Source: Rhodospirillales bacterium (lineage in GTDB: Bacteria; Pseudomonadota; Alphaproteobacteria; Kiloniellales; JAKSDN01). From it: a stretch of DNA of 64,000 nucleotides. Under the pieces are notes generated by a model, which was not told the DNA's origin, did no database searches, and saw nothing but the letters and a program-made list of their open reading frames with translations. This document shows, piece after piece, positions 1-9,127 of the stretch. The position numbers were made by a program, and so were the translations under genes. The first letter of the stretch is position 1, and the number at the start of each line of letters is the position of its first letter. Location of the stretch: NCBI GenBank assembly GCA_965225935.1, contig CBDDCC010000015.1, positions 85,521 through 149,520 on the forward strand, in the 5' to 3' direction.

Positions 1-99
1 GGCAAACGGCCGGGATTGGAGGGTTCGTCTCCACCCATTAGAGCGAAGGGCGGCAGCTGCCGCAACGGCCCTTCCCTGGCACCGGGCATCTGGCGGCTG

Positions 100-852
100 T
101 CACGCCGCCCGGATCTCGCTGCCGACGCCCCCGTCGGCATCGACGCGGTGGAGCTTGTAGAGCGGCGCTGCTTCCAAGGCTGCCGGATAGCGCCCGAGCC
201 GCAAGTCGACGGCGACGCTCGGCGTGCTGCTGACCGCCACACCGCCGACCTGGCCCGCCGCGTTCCGGTGGGTATGGCCGCAGAAAACGGCGATGACCTG
301 CCGTTGCCCGTCGAGCGCCCGGTGCAGCCTGTCGACCGACTCCCAGGATGCAAACTGGATCGGGTAGTCCGACTCGCGGACCTCGAAAGGCGGGTGATGC
401 ATGAAGATCACGGTCGGTTTGGCCGTATCCTCGGCCAGAGCCGCGCGCAAACTGTCGGCTCTGTTCTGACAGAAGTCCCCCTGCTTTCCACCTTCGCTCA
501 GTGTATCGATGGCGATCAGCCGCACGCGGTACGCATCGACGCTGAATTGCACAAAGGACGTGCCAGGCAGGAGATCGCGGTCGGCCGGAAAGGTCGCCTG
601 CATCGCGGCGCGGTCGTCGCGGTTTCCCGCCGCGACATGGAGTGGGCACCGCAGGGCGCCGAGGACGCGCTTCGCCTCCCGGTACTCCGCCGGCTTGCCG
701 TTGTGGGTGAGGTCGCCCGTGTGGATGACCGCATCAGGCAGCGGCTCGAGCCGGTTCATGTCCGCCACGCAGCGTTCGAGATAGCCGAGCCGGGCGGCGC
801 CCTTCGGACTGTCCAGATCGATATGGGTGTCGGAGATTTGCGCGATGATCAT
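100..852 (-). CDS. metallophosphoesterase, CpdA-like phosphodiesterase family
   Basis: 250-aa ORF with ATG at 850-852. Ordered calcineurin-fold motifs ISDTHID, HTGDLTHNG, AAGNRDD, FMHHPP, CGHTHR. Confidence 0.85.
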   Translation of the reverse strand: MIIAQISDTHIDLDSPKGAARLGYLERCVADMNRLEPLPDAVIHTGDLTHNGKPAEYREAKRVLGALRCPLHVAAGNRDDRAAMQATFPADRDLLPGTSFVQFSVDAYRVRLIAIDTLSEGGKQGDFCQNRADSLRAALAEDTAKPTVIFMHHPPFEVRESDYPIQFASWESVDRLHRALDGQRQVIAVFCGHTHRNAAGQVGGVAVSSTPSVAVDLRLGRYPAALEAAPLYKLHRVDADGGVGSEIRAA

Positions 853-940
853 GCCGCCGCGTCCCTAGCAGCCGCTGTCATGTCAGGAAAGGTGCGGCGG
901 CCGGCAGTGCGGGCGGCCTGCGGTTGCCGGGACTCGCCTC

Positions 941-1561
941 TTAGAAGTGATAGGTCGGCGCGAGCTTCGGTTCCTCCCTGTCGGGCGCCCGGGGACGGAT
1001 TGCCGTTCTCGGATGATAACGCAGCCCGTTTTCCTCCATGAATCGACGCACCTGGTTCTGGGTCCAGGAAGCGAGGGGATTGATCCGGAGCAACCTGCCT
1101 TCCTCGACCACCCGCGGCTCCGGCCGGTCGCTGTAGGGGCCGTGATAGACCCCGCTTATCCAGCAATCGAAATCCGCCAGCGTCCGGTTCAGGTGGACGA
1201 TCTTGTAGACGCGCGTGTGATCGGCCTGGTTCTCCGCCCACAGGCCTTCGCTGTGATCGCAATCGCCCGGCAGCGGCCCGCCCTCGTCTTGGGCGGGGTC
1301 CCGGATGTCGCTCAGGCCAAGCTGGCGGACGAGCTTCGCCCGGTATTCCAAGCTTTCGGGATAGGGATCCGGCGCGTGGCAGAACACGATGGGTATCGAC
1401 CTGTCGATCTGGGAGATCATCTTCAGCAGCACGATACTGCGCGCCCTGAGCGAACAGCTGGCCAAGGTCTTGCGCGGGAACCTCTCGGTGATGACGAACC
1501 GCAGAAACGCAAGCGTATCCATCTCCCGGGTGGCGTCCTGGAGGTCCGTGGCATTTGGCAT
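941..1561 (-). CDS. PAPS/APS-reductase-like protein, atypical (no C-terminal catalytic Cys)
   Basis: Track ORF 941-1915 trimmed to ATG 1559-1561, preceded by GGGAGG; 206 aa. CysH-like blocks IPIVFCHAPDPYPESLEYRAKLV, FDCWISGVYH, LLRINPLASW. The longer ORF only reads through the tRNA gene. Confidence 0.65.
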   Translation of the reverse strand: MPNATDLQDATREMDTLAFLRFVITERFPRKTLASCSLRARSIVLLKMISQIDRSIPIVFCHAPDPYPESLEYRAKLVRQLGLSDIRDPAQDEGGPLPGDCDHSEGLWAENQADHTRVYKIVHLNRTLADFDCWISGVYHGPYSDRPEPRVVEEGRLLRINPLASWTQNQVRRFMEENGLRYHPRTAIRPRAPDREEPKLAPTYHF

Positions 1562-1791
1562 CGCAACCTCCCAGGCGGTGCGGGGTCGGCGGATCGTGTG
1601 GCCGGGAACGGCCATCGCTGCTTGGATGTCCGTTCGACTATATAGACATCGGAGCCTTTGTACATTCACAGGTGCGCTCCGTACGCGCCGCCATTCGCTC
1701 TGGCGCCGGGGCAGGTGCCGGTTCGCCGCTGCGTCCCCGGCCCGCCAACTTCGAAGCAGATCGAACGAAACGCTATAACTCATTGAAACCA

Positions 1792-1882
1792 TGGCGGAAG
1801 GGGTGGGATTCGAACCCACGAGAGACTCATCACCTCTGCCGGTTTTCAAGACCGGTGCCTTAAACCGCTCGGCCACCCTTCC
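1792..1882 (-). tRNA. tRNA-Ser (anticodon UGA)
   Basis: Reverse complement reads GGAAGGGTGGCCGAGCGGTTTAAGGCACCGGTCTTGAAAACCGGCAGAGGTGATGAGTCTCTCGTGGGTTCGAATCCCACCCCTTCCGCCA. It has a 7-bp acceptor stem GGAAGGG/CCCTTCC, anticodon loop CU-UGA-AA, long variable arm, GGTTCGAATCC T-loop and encoded CCA. Confidence 0.95.
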
Positions 1883-2029
1883 AGCGTGGAATTTCAAAGC
1901 TTTACTACATTGCATTTGGGCGGTGAAAGGGCCTTTGCCACCCGATTGCCACCGGACGGACCCTGCAATTTGCGAAAAAGCGTGCTCTATCCGTTCCGTT
2001 GCTTTCCGCCGTATGGCGTCGGTCGCATG

Positions 2030-2264
2030 GGAGCGTCACGCTTGTGCTCGACTGCCCCGCGCGGACCTGAGCGACCTTCGGGTGAACGCCGGTCTCCAGC
2101 AAGTGCGTGAAATGGTCGTGATGCCCCAGGTGAGATGTGAAGCGGACGCCCGCGCTCGCCCGCAAGGCGGTGGCGCATCTCGTGAAGCTGCGCGGGCGTT
2201 GGACCTCGCCAGGCGGATTCCCGAAAACCAGCGTGTCGGGCGTCCAGCCAAGGCCGAGCGCCAA
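2030..2264 (-). pseudogene. tyrosine recombinase (phage-type integrase) C-terminal remnant
   Basis: The frame of ORF 1905-2264 reads TLVFGNPPGEVQRPRSFTRCATALRASAGVRFTSHLGHHDHFTHLLETGVHPKVAQVRAGQSSTSVTL. This is a degraded version of the integrase box R-HDLRH-..LLExGVxxxxVQxxLGHSSxxxT. The N-terminal two thirds are absent. Confidence 0.5.
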
Positions 2265-2446
2265 GTGCGCCTATGGCGGTTCTTCGAGAAGGTCGAATGA
2301 TCCGGGACCTCGCCCTCCAGGCCGGGCCGGCAGAAGCGGCGGTAGGCCAGGTCCAGATGGACCTCCTCGCAGAGCCGCCGTTCGGAGCGGACGCCGTCGC
2401 AGCAGCCGACAGCGAGCATCCGGATCATGAGCTCAGGATCGACCCG
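2265..2446 (-). mobile_element. IS5/IS1182-type transposase fragment (DUF772 block only)
   Basis: RVDPELMIRMLAVGCCDGVRSERRLCEEVHLDLAYRRFCRPGLEGEVPDHSTFSKNRHRR matches the conserved transposase block IDPELLIRMLLVGYCFGIRSERRLCEEVHLNLAYRWFCRLGLEDxVPDHSTFSKNRHGRF as I recall it. There is an in-frame TGA just upstream and no DDE domain follows. Confidence 0.55.
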
Positions 2447-2481
2447 GATTCACTGGAGCAGGCCGGCATCCTCGTCCAGAA

Positions 2482-3396
2482 CTAGAACTGGTAGACCGTA
2501 GATCCGAACTTGCTGCACAGGTAGTCGGAGAAGGCCCGTGACGGCGGGCGGACTTCGACATCTCGACAACGAGCGAAACCCAGATCCATGGTCGGCAGCT
2601 CGTCGTCCAGCTCACGCACTTCGATACGCCGCCCATCCAGCGACCAGGGCCGATAGACCAAGTCCGACAGCACGGTTACGCCCATCCCCGTGGCGACCAG
2701 GCTCCGGACCGCCTCGAGCGATGATGTGCGAAGCTTTATGTTCGGCCGAAAGGGCGTCCTGGCCCAATAGCGCAGCGCGGTTTTTTCGCCTTCGTCGGCC
2801 GACAGCATAAGATACGGCTCCCGGGACACCTCCTCGAGCGTCAATCGCGGCGCGGCGATAAGATCATGATCGGGGCTGGCCCAAAGACGGCGCCGAGAGC
2901 GGACGAGAACGTGCGATTTGAGCTGTTCCGCCTTGCTCAGATTCGAAACCAGCATGAGACCGAGATCCAGGTCGTCGGAAATCAACGCCGCCTCGATCTC
3001 CTCCCGCTCGAGCTCGATGATCTGCAAGTCGACGTTTCGGAAGGTCCGGCAGAAAGCCGCGGCAATGGACGGCAGGAAATAGCCGGCGATCGTATAAGTG
3101 ATGCCGACCCTCAGCCGGCCCGAGATCGCCTCGGCGTCCATATTGGGGATCTGAACGGCGTCGTCTACCGTGGCGATGATGTTGTTTGCATGCTGAAGAA
3201 ACTGACCGCCGACATAGGTCAGTTTCATGCCATGTGGATGGCGTTCGAACAGTTGGCGGCCAAGAAAACCTTCGAGCGATTTGATGGACAGGGTGATCGT
3301 CGACTGCGAAACGCCGAGATTTGCCGCGGCAAGGGAGATCTTGCCGGCGTTCGCCGTCTCGATGAAGTAGCGGACCTGCTTGAGGGACAGTGACAT
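2482..3396 (-). CDS. LysR-family transcriptional regulator
   Basis: N-terminal wHTH LKQVRYFIETANAGKISLAAANLGVSQSTITLSIKSLE followed by a LysR substrate-binding domain. ATG at 3394-3396 chosen (the track start at 3408 is TTG). Divergent from the TRAP operon. Confidence 0.9.
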   Translation of the reverse strand: MSLSLKQVRYFIETANAGKISLAAANLGVSQSTITLSIKSLEGFLGRQLFERHPHGMKLTYVGGQFLQHANNIIATVDDAVQIPNMDAEAISGRLRVGITYTIAGYFLPSIAAAFCRTFRNVDLQIIELEREEIEAALISDDLDLGLMLVSNLSKAEQLKSHVLVRSRRRLWASPDHDLIAAPRLTLEEVSREPYLMLSADEGEKTALRYWARTPFRPNIKLRTSSLEAVRSLVATGMGVTVLSDLVYRPWSLDGRRIEVRELDDELPTMDLGFARCRDVEVRPPSRAFSDYLCSKFGSTVYQF

Positions 3397-3668
3397 AGTT
3401 ATTCTCAATACCGAACCCGAGTCTTTCTCATTTTACAATACCATAGATTTGATCCAATCTCTAAACCCGTCATATCGGGACGCTGGTCGCTGCAACGGCG
3501 CGTTCCACGTCAATGGACGATTCTCGCCATAAGCGGTGGGCGTGGTGGCTCCGCTCTACCGGAGCATTTCTGCGCTCCATGGCAATAGGAGGATCATCCT
3601 TATCTGGAAATCCGGGCGTGGCGGAGTCCACGCCTCAACGAACTTTGCTCAAGGGAGGAGTAGGCTGA

Positions 3669-4775
3669 ATGAAACGCCGCAATTTCCTGAAAAAGGCCGG
3701 CATCGCGGGGGCCGGCGCCATGACGGCGGCTACGGTGTCTGGCTTTCCGACACCGGCCATCTCGCAGGGAGTAAGAGAACTCAGGTTGGTTTCGACCTTC
3801 CCGAAGAACTTTCCGGGACTCGGCACATCGGTCGCGCGGCTCGTCGATCGCGTGGACAAAGCGACCGATGGCAAGCTGAAGATCAAGCTCTACAACGCAG
3901 GCGAGCTGGTCGGCGCACTCGAAGTCTTTGACGCCGTGGCCAACGGTGACGCCGACGTCTACTATTCATCGGAATACTTCTACACCGGCAAGTCGAAAGC
4001 CCTGGCCTTCTTCGCAGCCGTGCCATTCGGCATGACGGCGCCCGAGTTCTATGCCTGGATCTACCATGGCGGTGGTCAGGAGCTGTGGGACGAGCTCTCC
4101 GCACAGTTCGGCATCAAGCCCTTTCCCTCGTCCAACACCGGCGTACAGATGGGCGGCTGGCTCAACAAGGAAATCAACTCCATCGATGATTTCAAAGGGC
4201 TCAAGTTCCGCATGCCAGGTCTTGGCGGCGAGGTTCTGCGCCGGCTGGGGGTTTCCGTCGTGACGCTTCATGGCGGCGAGATTTTCCAGGCCCTGCAGTC
4301 CGGTGCCATCGACGGGACCGAGTGGGTCGGCCCCTGGCACGATCTTGCCTTTGGCTTCTACAAGATCGCCAAATACTACTATTGGCCCGGTTTCCACGAG
4401 CCGAGTTCGGCGACCAGTCATGGAATCAACTTGTCGGTCTGGGAGAGCTTGCGGCCTGACGAGCAGGAGTTGCTCAAGATGGCCTTTGAATCGGAGACTC
4501 ATCTCCAGACGACGGAGTACGACGCGGCCAATCCAGACGCGCTCGACACCCTGCTCACGGTGCACGGTGTCGAACTGCGACGCTATCCGGATGAAATGAT
4601 CAGCGCCATGGCCCAAACGGCGCAAGAGGTCGTGGCGGAGGTCGGCAACGCCGACGATCTCAGCCGGAAAGTCTGGGACAGCTATCGCAGCTTCGCCGAA
4701 AAGGCCCAAGGTTGGACGGAGATTGGCGTCCAGGCTTATATGAACGCACGCACGGCCGGATTCCAAAAGGGCTAG
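3669..4775 (+). CDS. TRAP transporter substrate-binding protein (DctP family)
   Basis: 368 aa with a twin-arginine-like leader MKRRNFLKKAGIAGAGAMTAA. GGGAGGAG lies just upstream of the ATG. Family blocks LRLVSTFPKNFPGLG and AVPFGMTAPEFYAWIYHGGGQELWDE. Confidence 0.85.
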   Translation: MKRRNFLKKAGIAGAGAMTAATVSGFPTPAISQGVRELRLVSTFPKNFPGLGTSVARLVDRVDKATDGKLKIKLYNAGELVGALEVFDAVANGDADVYYSSEYFYTGKSKALAFFAAVPFGMTAPEFYAWIYHGGGQELWDELSAQFGIKPFPSSNTGVQMGGWLNKEINSIDDFKGLKFRMPGLGGEVLRRLGVSVVTLHGGEIFQALQSGAIDGTEWVGPWHDLAFGFYKIAKYYYWPGFHEPSSATSHGINLSVWESLRPDEQELLKMAFESETHLQTTEYDAANPDALDTLLTVHGVELRRYPDEMISAMAQTAQEVVAEVGNADDLSRKVWDSYRSFAEKAQGWTEIGVQAYMNARTAGFQKG

Positions 4776-4854
4776 GCAGGCATGGGCGCGCCCTTGCCGA
4801 AGCATAAGGGGCGGGTCGGGGCGCGGAGAAACACGCGCCCCGGCCCATGCCTGC
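4776..4854 (+). promoter_or_regulatory. nested intercistronic stem-loop between the TRAP binding-protein and membrane-component genes
   Basis: Perfect 12-bp inverted repeat GCAGGCATGGGC (4776-4787) / GCCCATGCCTGC (4843-4854). It encloses a perfect 8-bp hairpin GGGGCGCG (4818-4825) / CGCGCCCC (4834-4841). The structure starts 1 nt after the stop codon. Confidence 0.6.
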
Positions 4855-4957
4855 GTCTCGACGCGGCGGCGTGTCCTGGAGGCAGGCGCCCTGTCCGGTT
4901 CCGGGATGGGAGCGGCGCCGGGTCGCGCGCACCAGCCAATGCCTGTACGCTTCTTGA

Positions 4958-5509
4958 ATGTCCATAGCACACGCTATTGTCGCCTTCTGTGACGCCGTCA
5001 ACGAGCGCGTCGGCCGACTGGTATCGTGGCTGTCCTTGGCCGTCGTTTTGGTGCAGTTCGCCGTCGTCGTGATGCGCTATACCTTCGGGCTGAACTGGCT
5101 CTACGTTCAGGAATCGATCGTCTATATGCACGCGACCGTGTTTCTGGTCGCTGCCGGCTACACGCTCGCGCACAACGAGCACGTGCGCATCGACATATTC
5201 TATGGCCCGGCGCGCCCAAGGACCAAGGCGATCGTCGACTTGGTGGGCGTCCTCCTGCTGCTCGAGCCCTTCTGTATCGCCATCTGGGTTGCCGGTTGGC
5301 CCTATGTGGTGCGCTCTTGGGAGGTGATGGAACGGTCGCTGGAGGTCACGGGCCTGCCGATCGTTTTTCTGCTCAAGAGTCTCATTCTGGTGTTTGCCAC
5401 GCTGCTGGCCCTGCAGGGTGTGGCCATCGCGTTACGGTCGGTCCTTACCTTGTCCGGTGGCGCGCCTTATCCGCCGGCGCGGACGGATGGCCGGAGCATG
5501 GAGCTATGA
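4958..5509 (+). CDS. TRAP transporter small permease (DctQ family)
   Basis: 183-aa hydrophobic protein in the expected position. Its stop overlaps the next start (ATGA at 5506-5509). Confidence 0.8.
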   Translation: MSIAHAIVAFCDAVNERVGRLVSWLSLAVVLVQFAVVVMRYTFGLNWLYVQESIVYMHATVFLVAAGYTLAHNEHVRIDIFYGPARPRTKAIVDLVGVLLLLEPFCIAIWVAGWPYVVRSWEVMERSLEVTGLPIVFLLKSLILVFATLLALQGVAIALRSVLTLSGGAPYPPARTDGRSMEL

Positions 5510-7074
5510 CGACCGCCGGGCTGCTTTTGCTGGGCATGTTCCTTGCCGTCTGCGTTGCCCTGATGAGCGGCTTTCCGGTTGCCTTTGCGCTTGCCAGCGG
5601 TGCCATGCTCTTCGCTTTTTTCGCCGCATCTCTCGGTGCGTTCGATTTGACGTTCATCAATTTTTTCCCCAGCCGCATCTATGTGATCATGACCAACGAG
5701 ATCCTCATTGCGGCCCCGCTGTTCGTTTTCATGGGAATCATGCTCGAGCGCTCCAAGGTCGCCGAGGAGCTTCTCGAAACCATGGGACAGCTGTTCGGAC
5801 CGATAAGGGGCGGACTGGGCATCTCGGTTTGCGTGGTCGGCGCGTTGCTGGCGGCCTCCACAGGCATCGTCGGCGCCACCGTTATGACCATAGGCCTATT
5901 GTCCTTGCCGACCATGCTCAAGCGCGGCTACGACGCAAAACTCGCCTGCGGCACGATTTGCGCCTCGGGCACGCTCGGCCAGATTATCCCGCCTTCGATC
6001 GTTCTCGTCGTGCTCGGCGACCAGATTTCGAATGCCTATTCCGAGGCTCAGCGCGAGCTGGGGAACTTTTCGCCCGACCCGGTTTCCGTCGGAGACCTGT
6101 TCGCCGGCGCCTTGCTTCCCGGCTTGGCCTTGGTCGGGATCTATATCGCCTATGTTTTCATTCTCGGCTGGGTTCGGCCCGACGTGGCGCCGGCCATAGC
6201 GCGCGACACGCTAGACACGCAGGACGGCGCAATGTTCGCGCGAGTCCTTCGGGCGCTCGTCGCGCCGGTGGTCCTGATCGTTGCCGTCCTGGGTTCCATA
6301 CTGGGAGGCATCGCCACGCCCACCGAAGGCGCCGCCGTCGGCGCAGTGGGTGCCGTTTTTCTTGGCGCACTGCGGTTCGGGAGCTCGCGCGCCGTTCACT
6401 TCGCCGCCGCCTGTCTCATCCTCTTGCTTGTGCTCACGGCCACGCTCGATCTCCGGACCGGCCGTAGCGATGTCACCTTACTCGAGCAGATTGGCATCTA
6501 CCTCGCCGCGGGCTGCTGTATCGGCGCCGCCTATGGACTGATATCCGCACTAAGGAACATCCATGCCCACGGCCTGTTGATCGAGGTAACCCGCTCGACC
6601 GCGAAGATCAGCGCGATGGTTTTCACGATCGTGATCGGCGCTCAGATGTTCTCGCTCGTCTTCCGTGGCTTGGGCGGCGATGACATGGTGCACGATTTTC
6701 TGGGCGGTCTGCCGGGTGGTGTCACCTCGGCGTTGATACTCGTGATGCTGGTCATGTTCTTGATGGGGTTCTTTCTCGACTTCATCGAAATCACCTTCGT
6801 CGTTGTCCCCATTGTAGCCCCGGTCCTGCTGCTGCTTGGACTCGATCCGGTTTGGCTCGGCATCATGATTGCGGTCAACTTGCAAACGTCGTTCCTGACG
6901 CCGCCATTCGGCTTCGCGCTCTTCTATATGCGTGGCGTTGCACCGCCCAGCGTCAGAACAGGCGATATCTATTGGGGCGTCGCACCCTATGTCGCGATGC
7001 AGTTGTCGATGCTGCTGATTCTGTCGCTGTTTCCCGGTCTCGCCACATGGCTCCCGGGATTGATATACGACTAG
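5506..7074 (+). CDS. TRAP transporter large permease (DctM family)
   Basis: Track ORF 5026-7074 trimmed to ATG 5506 (MTTAGLLLLGMFLAV...). 522-aa polytopic membrane protein, translationally coupled to the small permease. Confidence 0.85.
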   Translation: MTTAGLLLLGMFLAVCVALMSGFPVAFALASGAMLFAFFAASLGAFDLTFINFFPSRIYVIMTNEILIAAPLFVFMGIMLERSKVAEELLETMGQLFGPIRGGLGISVCVVGALLAASTGIVGATVMTIGLLSLPTMLKRGYDAKLACGTICASGTLGQIIPPSIVLVVLGDQISNAYSEAQRELGNFSPDPVSVGDLFAGALLPGLALVGIYIAYVFILGWVRPDVAPAIARDTLDTQDGAMFARVLRALVAPVVLIVAVLGSILGGIATPTEGAAVGAVGAVFLGALRFGSSRAVHFAAACLILLLVLTATLDLRTGRSDVTLLEQIGIYLAAGCCIGAAYGLISALRNIHAHGLLIEVTRSTAKISAMVFTIVIGAQMFSLVFRGLGGDDMVHDFLGGLPGGVTSALILVMLVMFLMGFFLDFIEITFVVVPIVAPVLLLLGLDPVWLGIMIAVNLQTSFLTPPFGFALFYMRGVAPPSVRTGDIYWGVAPYVAMQLSMLLILSLFPGLATWLPGLIYD

Positions 7075-7234
7075 GGCGGGTTCGGCGTCTGTCGATTTGG
7101 TGGCCGCCCCGCCACCCCGGTCCCGCACCAGAAGCGGGCAGGCCGCGCCGCGACGGAGTTGCACCTCCATCGGCGCTCGCGCGCGGCAAGTACGGCCGTG
7201 GAGGGCGCCCGGCGTCGAACGTGAAGGAAAGTCG

Positions 7235-8161
7235 ATGGCGAAGAAGACGACAGCGGGCCCGCGGCGCGACTACGTCGGCTACGGCCGGCAAATCCCCAGG
7301 GTTCAGTGGCCCGGCGGCGCGCGGATCGCCGTGAGCCTGGTGCTGAACTATGAGGAGGGCTCGGAGATCTCCTACGCCGCTGGCGACGGCGCCAGTGAGA
7401 CAGGTATGGGCGAACTGGCATGGGCGTTCGAGCCCGGGGTTCGCGATTTCGCCATCGAATCGGTCTATGAGTATGGCTCGCGGGCCGGCGTGTGGCGCCT
7501 TGCGCGTTTGTTCGACGAGCTCTCGGTTCCGGTCACGGTCTATGCCTGTGCACAGGCACTCGAGCTGAACAAGGACGTCGCCGATTGGATTCGCGAGGCG
7601 AATCACGAAGCCTGTTGTCATGGCTGGCGCTGGGAGCAGGTATGGCGGCTCACACGGGCACAGGAAAAGGAGCATATCCAGGCGGCCATCGCCTCGCTGG
7701 AGCGGACCACCGGCTCCCGCCCGCGGGGTTGGGCGAGCCGCTACTGCCCGTCGCTCCACACCCGCGAACTATTGGGAGAGATTGGCGGCTTTACCTACGA
7801 TTCCGATGCCTTCAACGATGACCTGCCGTATTTCGTGAAGGTCAAGGGCGCGCCCCTGCTCGTGATACCCTATTCGCTGACCTACAACGACGCGCGTTTC
7901 GTCATCCCGGTCGGCCACCCCGACCCGGATTCCTTCCTGAAGACGTTGAAGCGGGGCTTCGATTATCTCTGGGAAGAGGGGCGGAGCCATCCGAGGATGA
8001 TGTCGGTCGGCCTCCACGCAAGGATGGTCGGGCAGGCCGCCCGCGCCTCGGCCCTCAAGGAATTCATTCGCTACGCGCAGGACAAAGGCGATGTCTGGTT
8101 CGCGCGCCGTATCGATATCGCGGACTGGTGGATATCGCACAGCCACAAATTCGCAGCGTGA
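7235..8161 (+). CDS. PuuE-type polysaccharide-deacetylase-fold hydrolase (allantoinase-like), paralogue A
   Basis: Track ORF 7097-8161 trimmed to ATG 7235 (GAAGGAAAG upstream); 308 aa. Blocks YVGYGRQIPRVQWPGGARIAVSLVLNYEEGSE, CCHGWRWE, PRMMSVGLHARMVGQ. Confidence 0.75.
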   Translation: MAKKTTAGPRRDYVGYGRQIPRVQWPGGARIAVSLVLNYEEGSEISYAAGDGASETGMGELAWAFEPGVRDFAIESVYEYGSRAGVWRLARLFDELSVPVTVYACAQALELNKDVADWIREANHEACCHGWRWEQVWRLTRAQEKEHIQAAIASLERTTGSRPRGWASRYCPSLHTRELLGEIGGFTYDSDAFNDDLPYFVKVKGAPLLVIPYSLTYNDARFVIPVGHPDPDSFLKTLKRGFDYLWEEGRSHPRMMSVGLHARMVGQAARASALKEFIRYAQDKGDVWFARRIDIADWWISHSHKFAA

Positions 8162-8191
8162 CGGCGAAGCCGCGCAAAGACACGGCACAGC

Positions 8192-9127
8192 CTATGCGGG
8201 TGCGTGGTGTTCGAGCCAGTGGCGCGCGATCTCTTCGCCGCTGCAGACCCAGACCCTGTCATGCCGCAAGATGTGGTCGAGGAACCTCTCCAATCCGACA
8301 GCGCGCGCCGGCCGGCCGATCAGACGGTCGTGCAGGCCGATCGACATCATCCGCGGCTCTTCGGCGCCTTCCGCATAGAGCATGTCGAAGGCATCTCTCA
8401 TATAGGCATAGAAGTCGTCGCCCGTTTTGAAGCCGGCATTCATATCAAAACGATTGTCGTTGGTTTCGTAGGAATAGGGTATGACCAGGTGAGTCCGTCC
8501 CGCGACCTCCACCCAATAGGGTAGCTCGTCATTGAGCGCATCGCGGTCGTAGAGGAATCCCCCGTCCTCGACGATGAGCCGGCGCGTGTTGGGCCCAGGC
8601 CGTCCGGTCATCCAGCCGACCGGGCGCCGGCCGGTCAGCCGTTCGATCCCCTCGACCGCAAGGCGCATGTGCGCGCGCTCCGTGTCTTCGTCGACATGCT
8701 GGTAGTCGATCCAACGCCAACCATGGGATACGACCTCGTGACCGGCCTCTGTCGCCGCCAGCGCGATCTCCTCGGTCTGCAACAAGCCCGAAACGGAGGC
8801 GAAGATGCTGATCCGCAAGTCGCGTTCCTCGAAGAGGCGGAGCACGCGCCACACGCCGCGACGTGAGCCGTATTCGAAGGCCGACTCGGCCAACATACTG
8901 CGGGCGCCGGCGACCGGCGGAAAGCCGGTATCGTTCAGCAAGCCCTCTGAGGACTCGTCCCCGTGAAGAACGCACAACTCGCTGCCGGCTTCGAGGTTGA
9001 GGGCGAATTGGATGGCCAGCCGAGCCTTTCCGGGCCACTGCGGATCGGGAAGCCGCCGGCCATAGCCGACCAGATCCCTCTGATAGTCAGCTGCGAGCTT
9101 GTCCATGGCTTTCTCGGTCCCACCCAT
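8192..9127 (-). CDS. PuuE-type polysaccharide-deacetylase-fold hydrolase (allantoinase-like), paralogue B
   Basis: 311 aa and colinear with paralogue A: LVGYGRRLPDPQWPGKARLAIQFALNLEAGSE, SHGWRWI, PRMMSIGLHDRLIGR. Alternative start ATG at 9104-9106. Confidence 0.75.
   Translation of the reverse strand: MGGTEKAMDKLAADYQRDLVGYGRRLPDPQWPGKARLAIQFALNLEAGSELCVLHGDESSEGLLNDTGFPPVAGARSMLAESAFEYGSRRGVWRVLRLFEERDLRISIFASVSGLLQTEEIALAATEAGHEVVSHGWRWIDYQHVDEDTERAHMRLAVEGIERLTGRRPVGWMTGRPGPNTRRLIVEDGGFLYDRDALNDELPYWVEVAGRTHLVIPYSYETNDNRFDMNAGFKTGDDFYAYMRDAFDMLYAEGAEEPRMMSIGLHDRLIGRPARAVGLERFLDHILRHDRVWVCSGEEIARHWLEHHAPA

Noticed and set aside
16-1041. 341-aa plus-strand ORF at the window start
   Set aside because: It is antisense to the metallophosphoesterase and the PAPS-reductase-like gene, and has no motifs.
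1562-1915. N-terminal extension of ORF 941-1915
   Set aside because: The extension translates the tRNA-Ser gene itself (GRVAERFKAPVLKTGRGDESLVGSNPTPS). The real start is the SD-preceded ATG at 1561.
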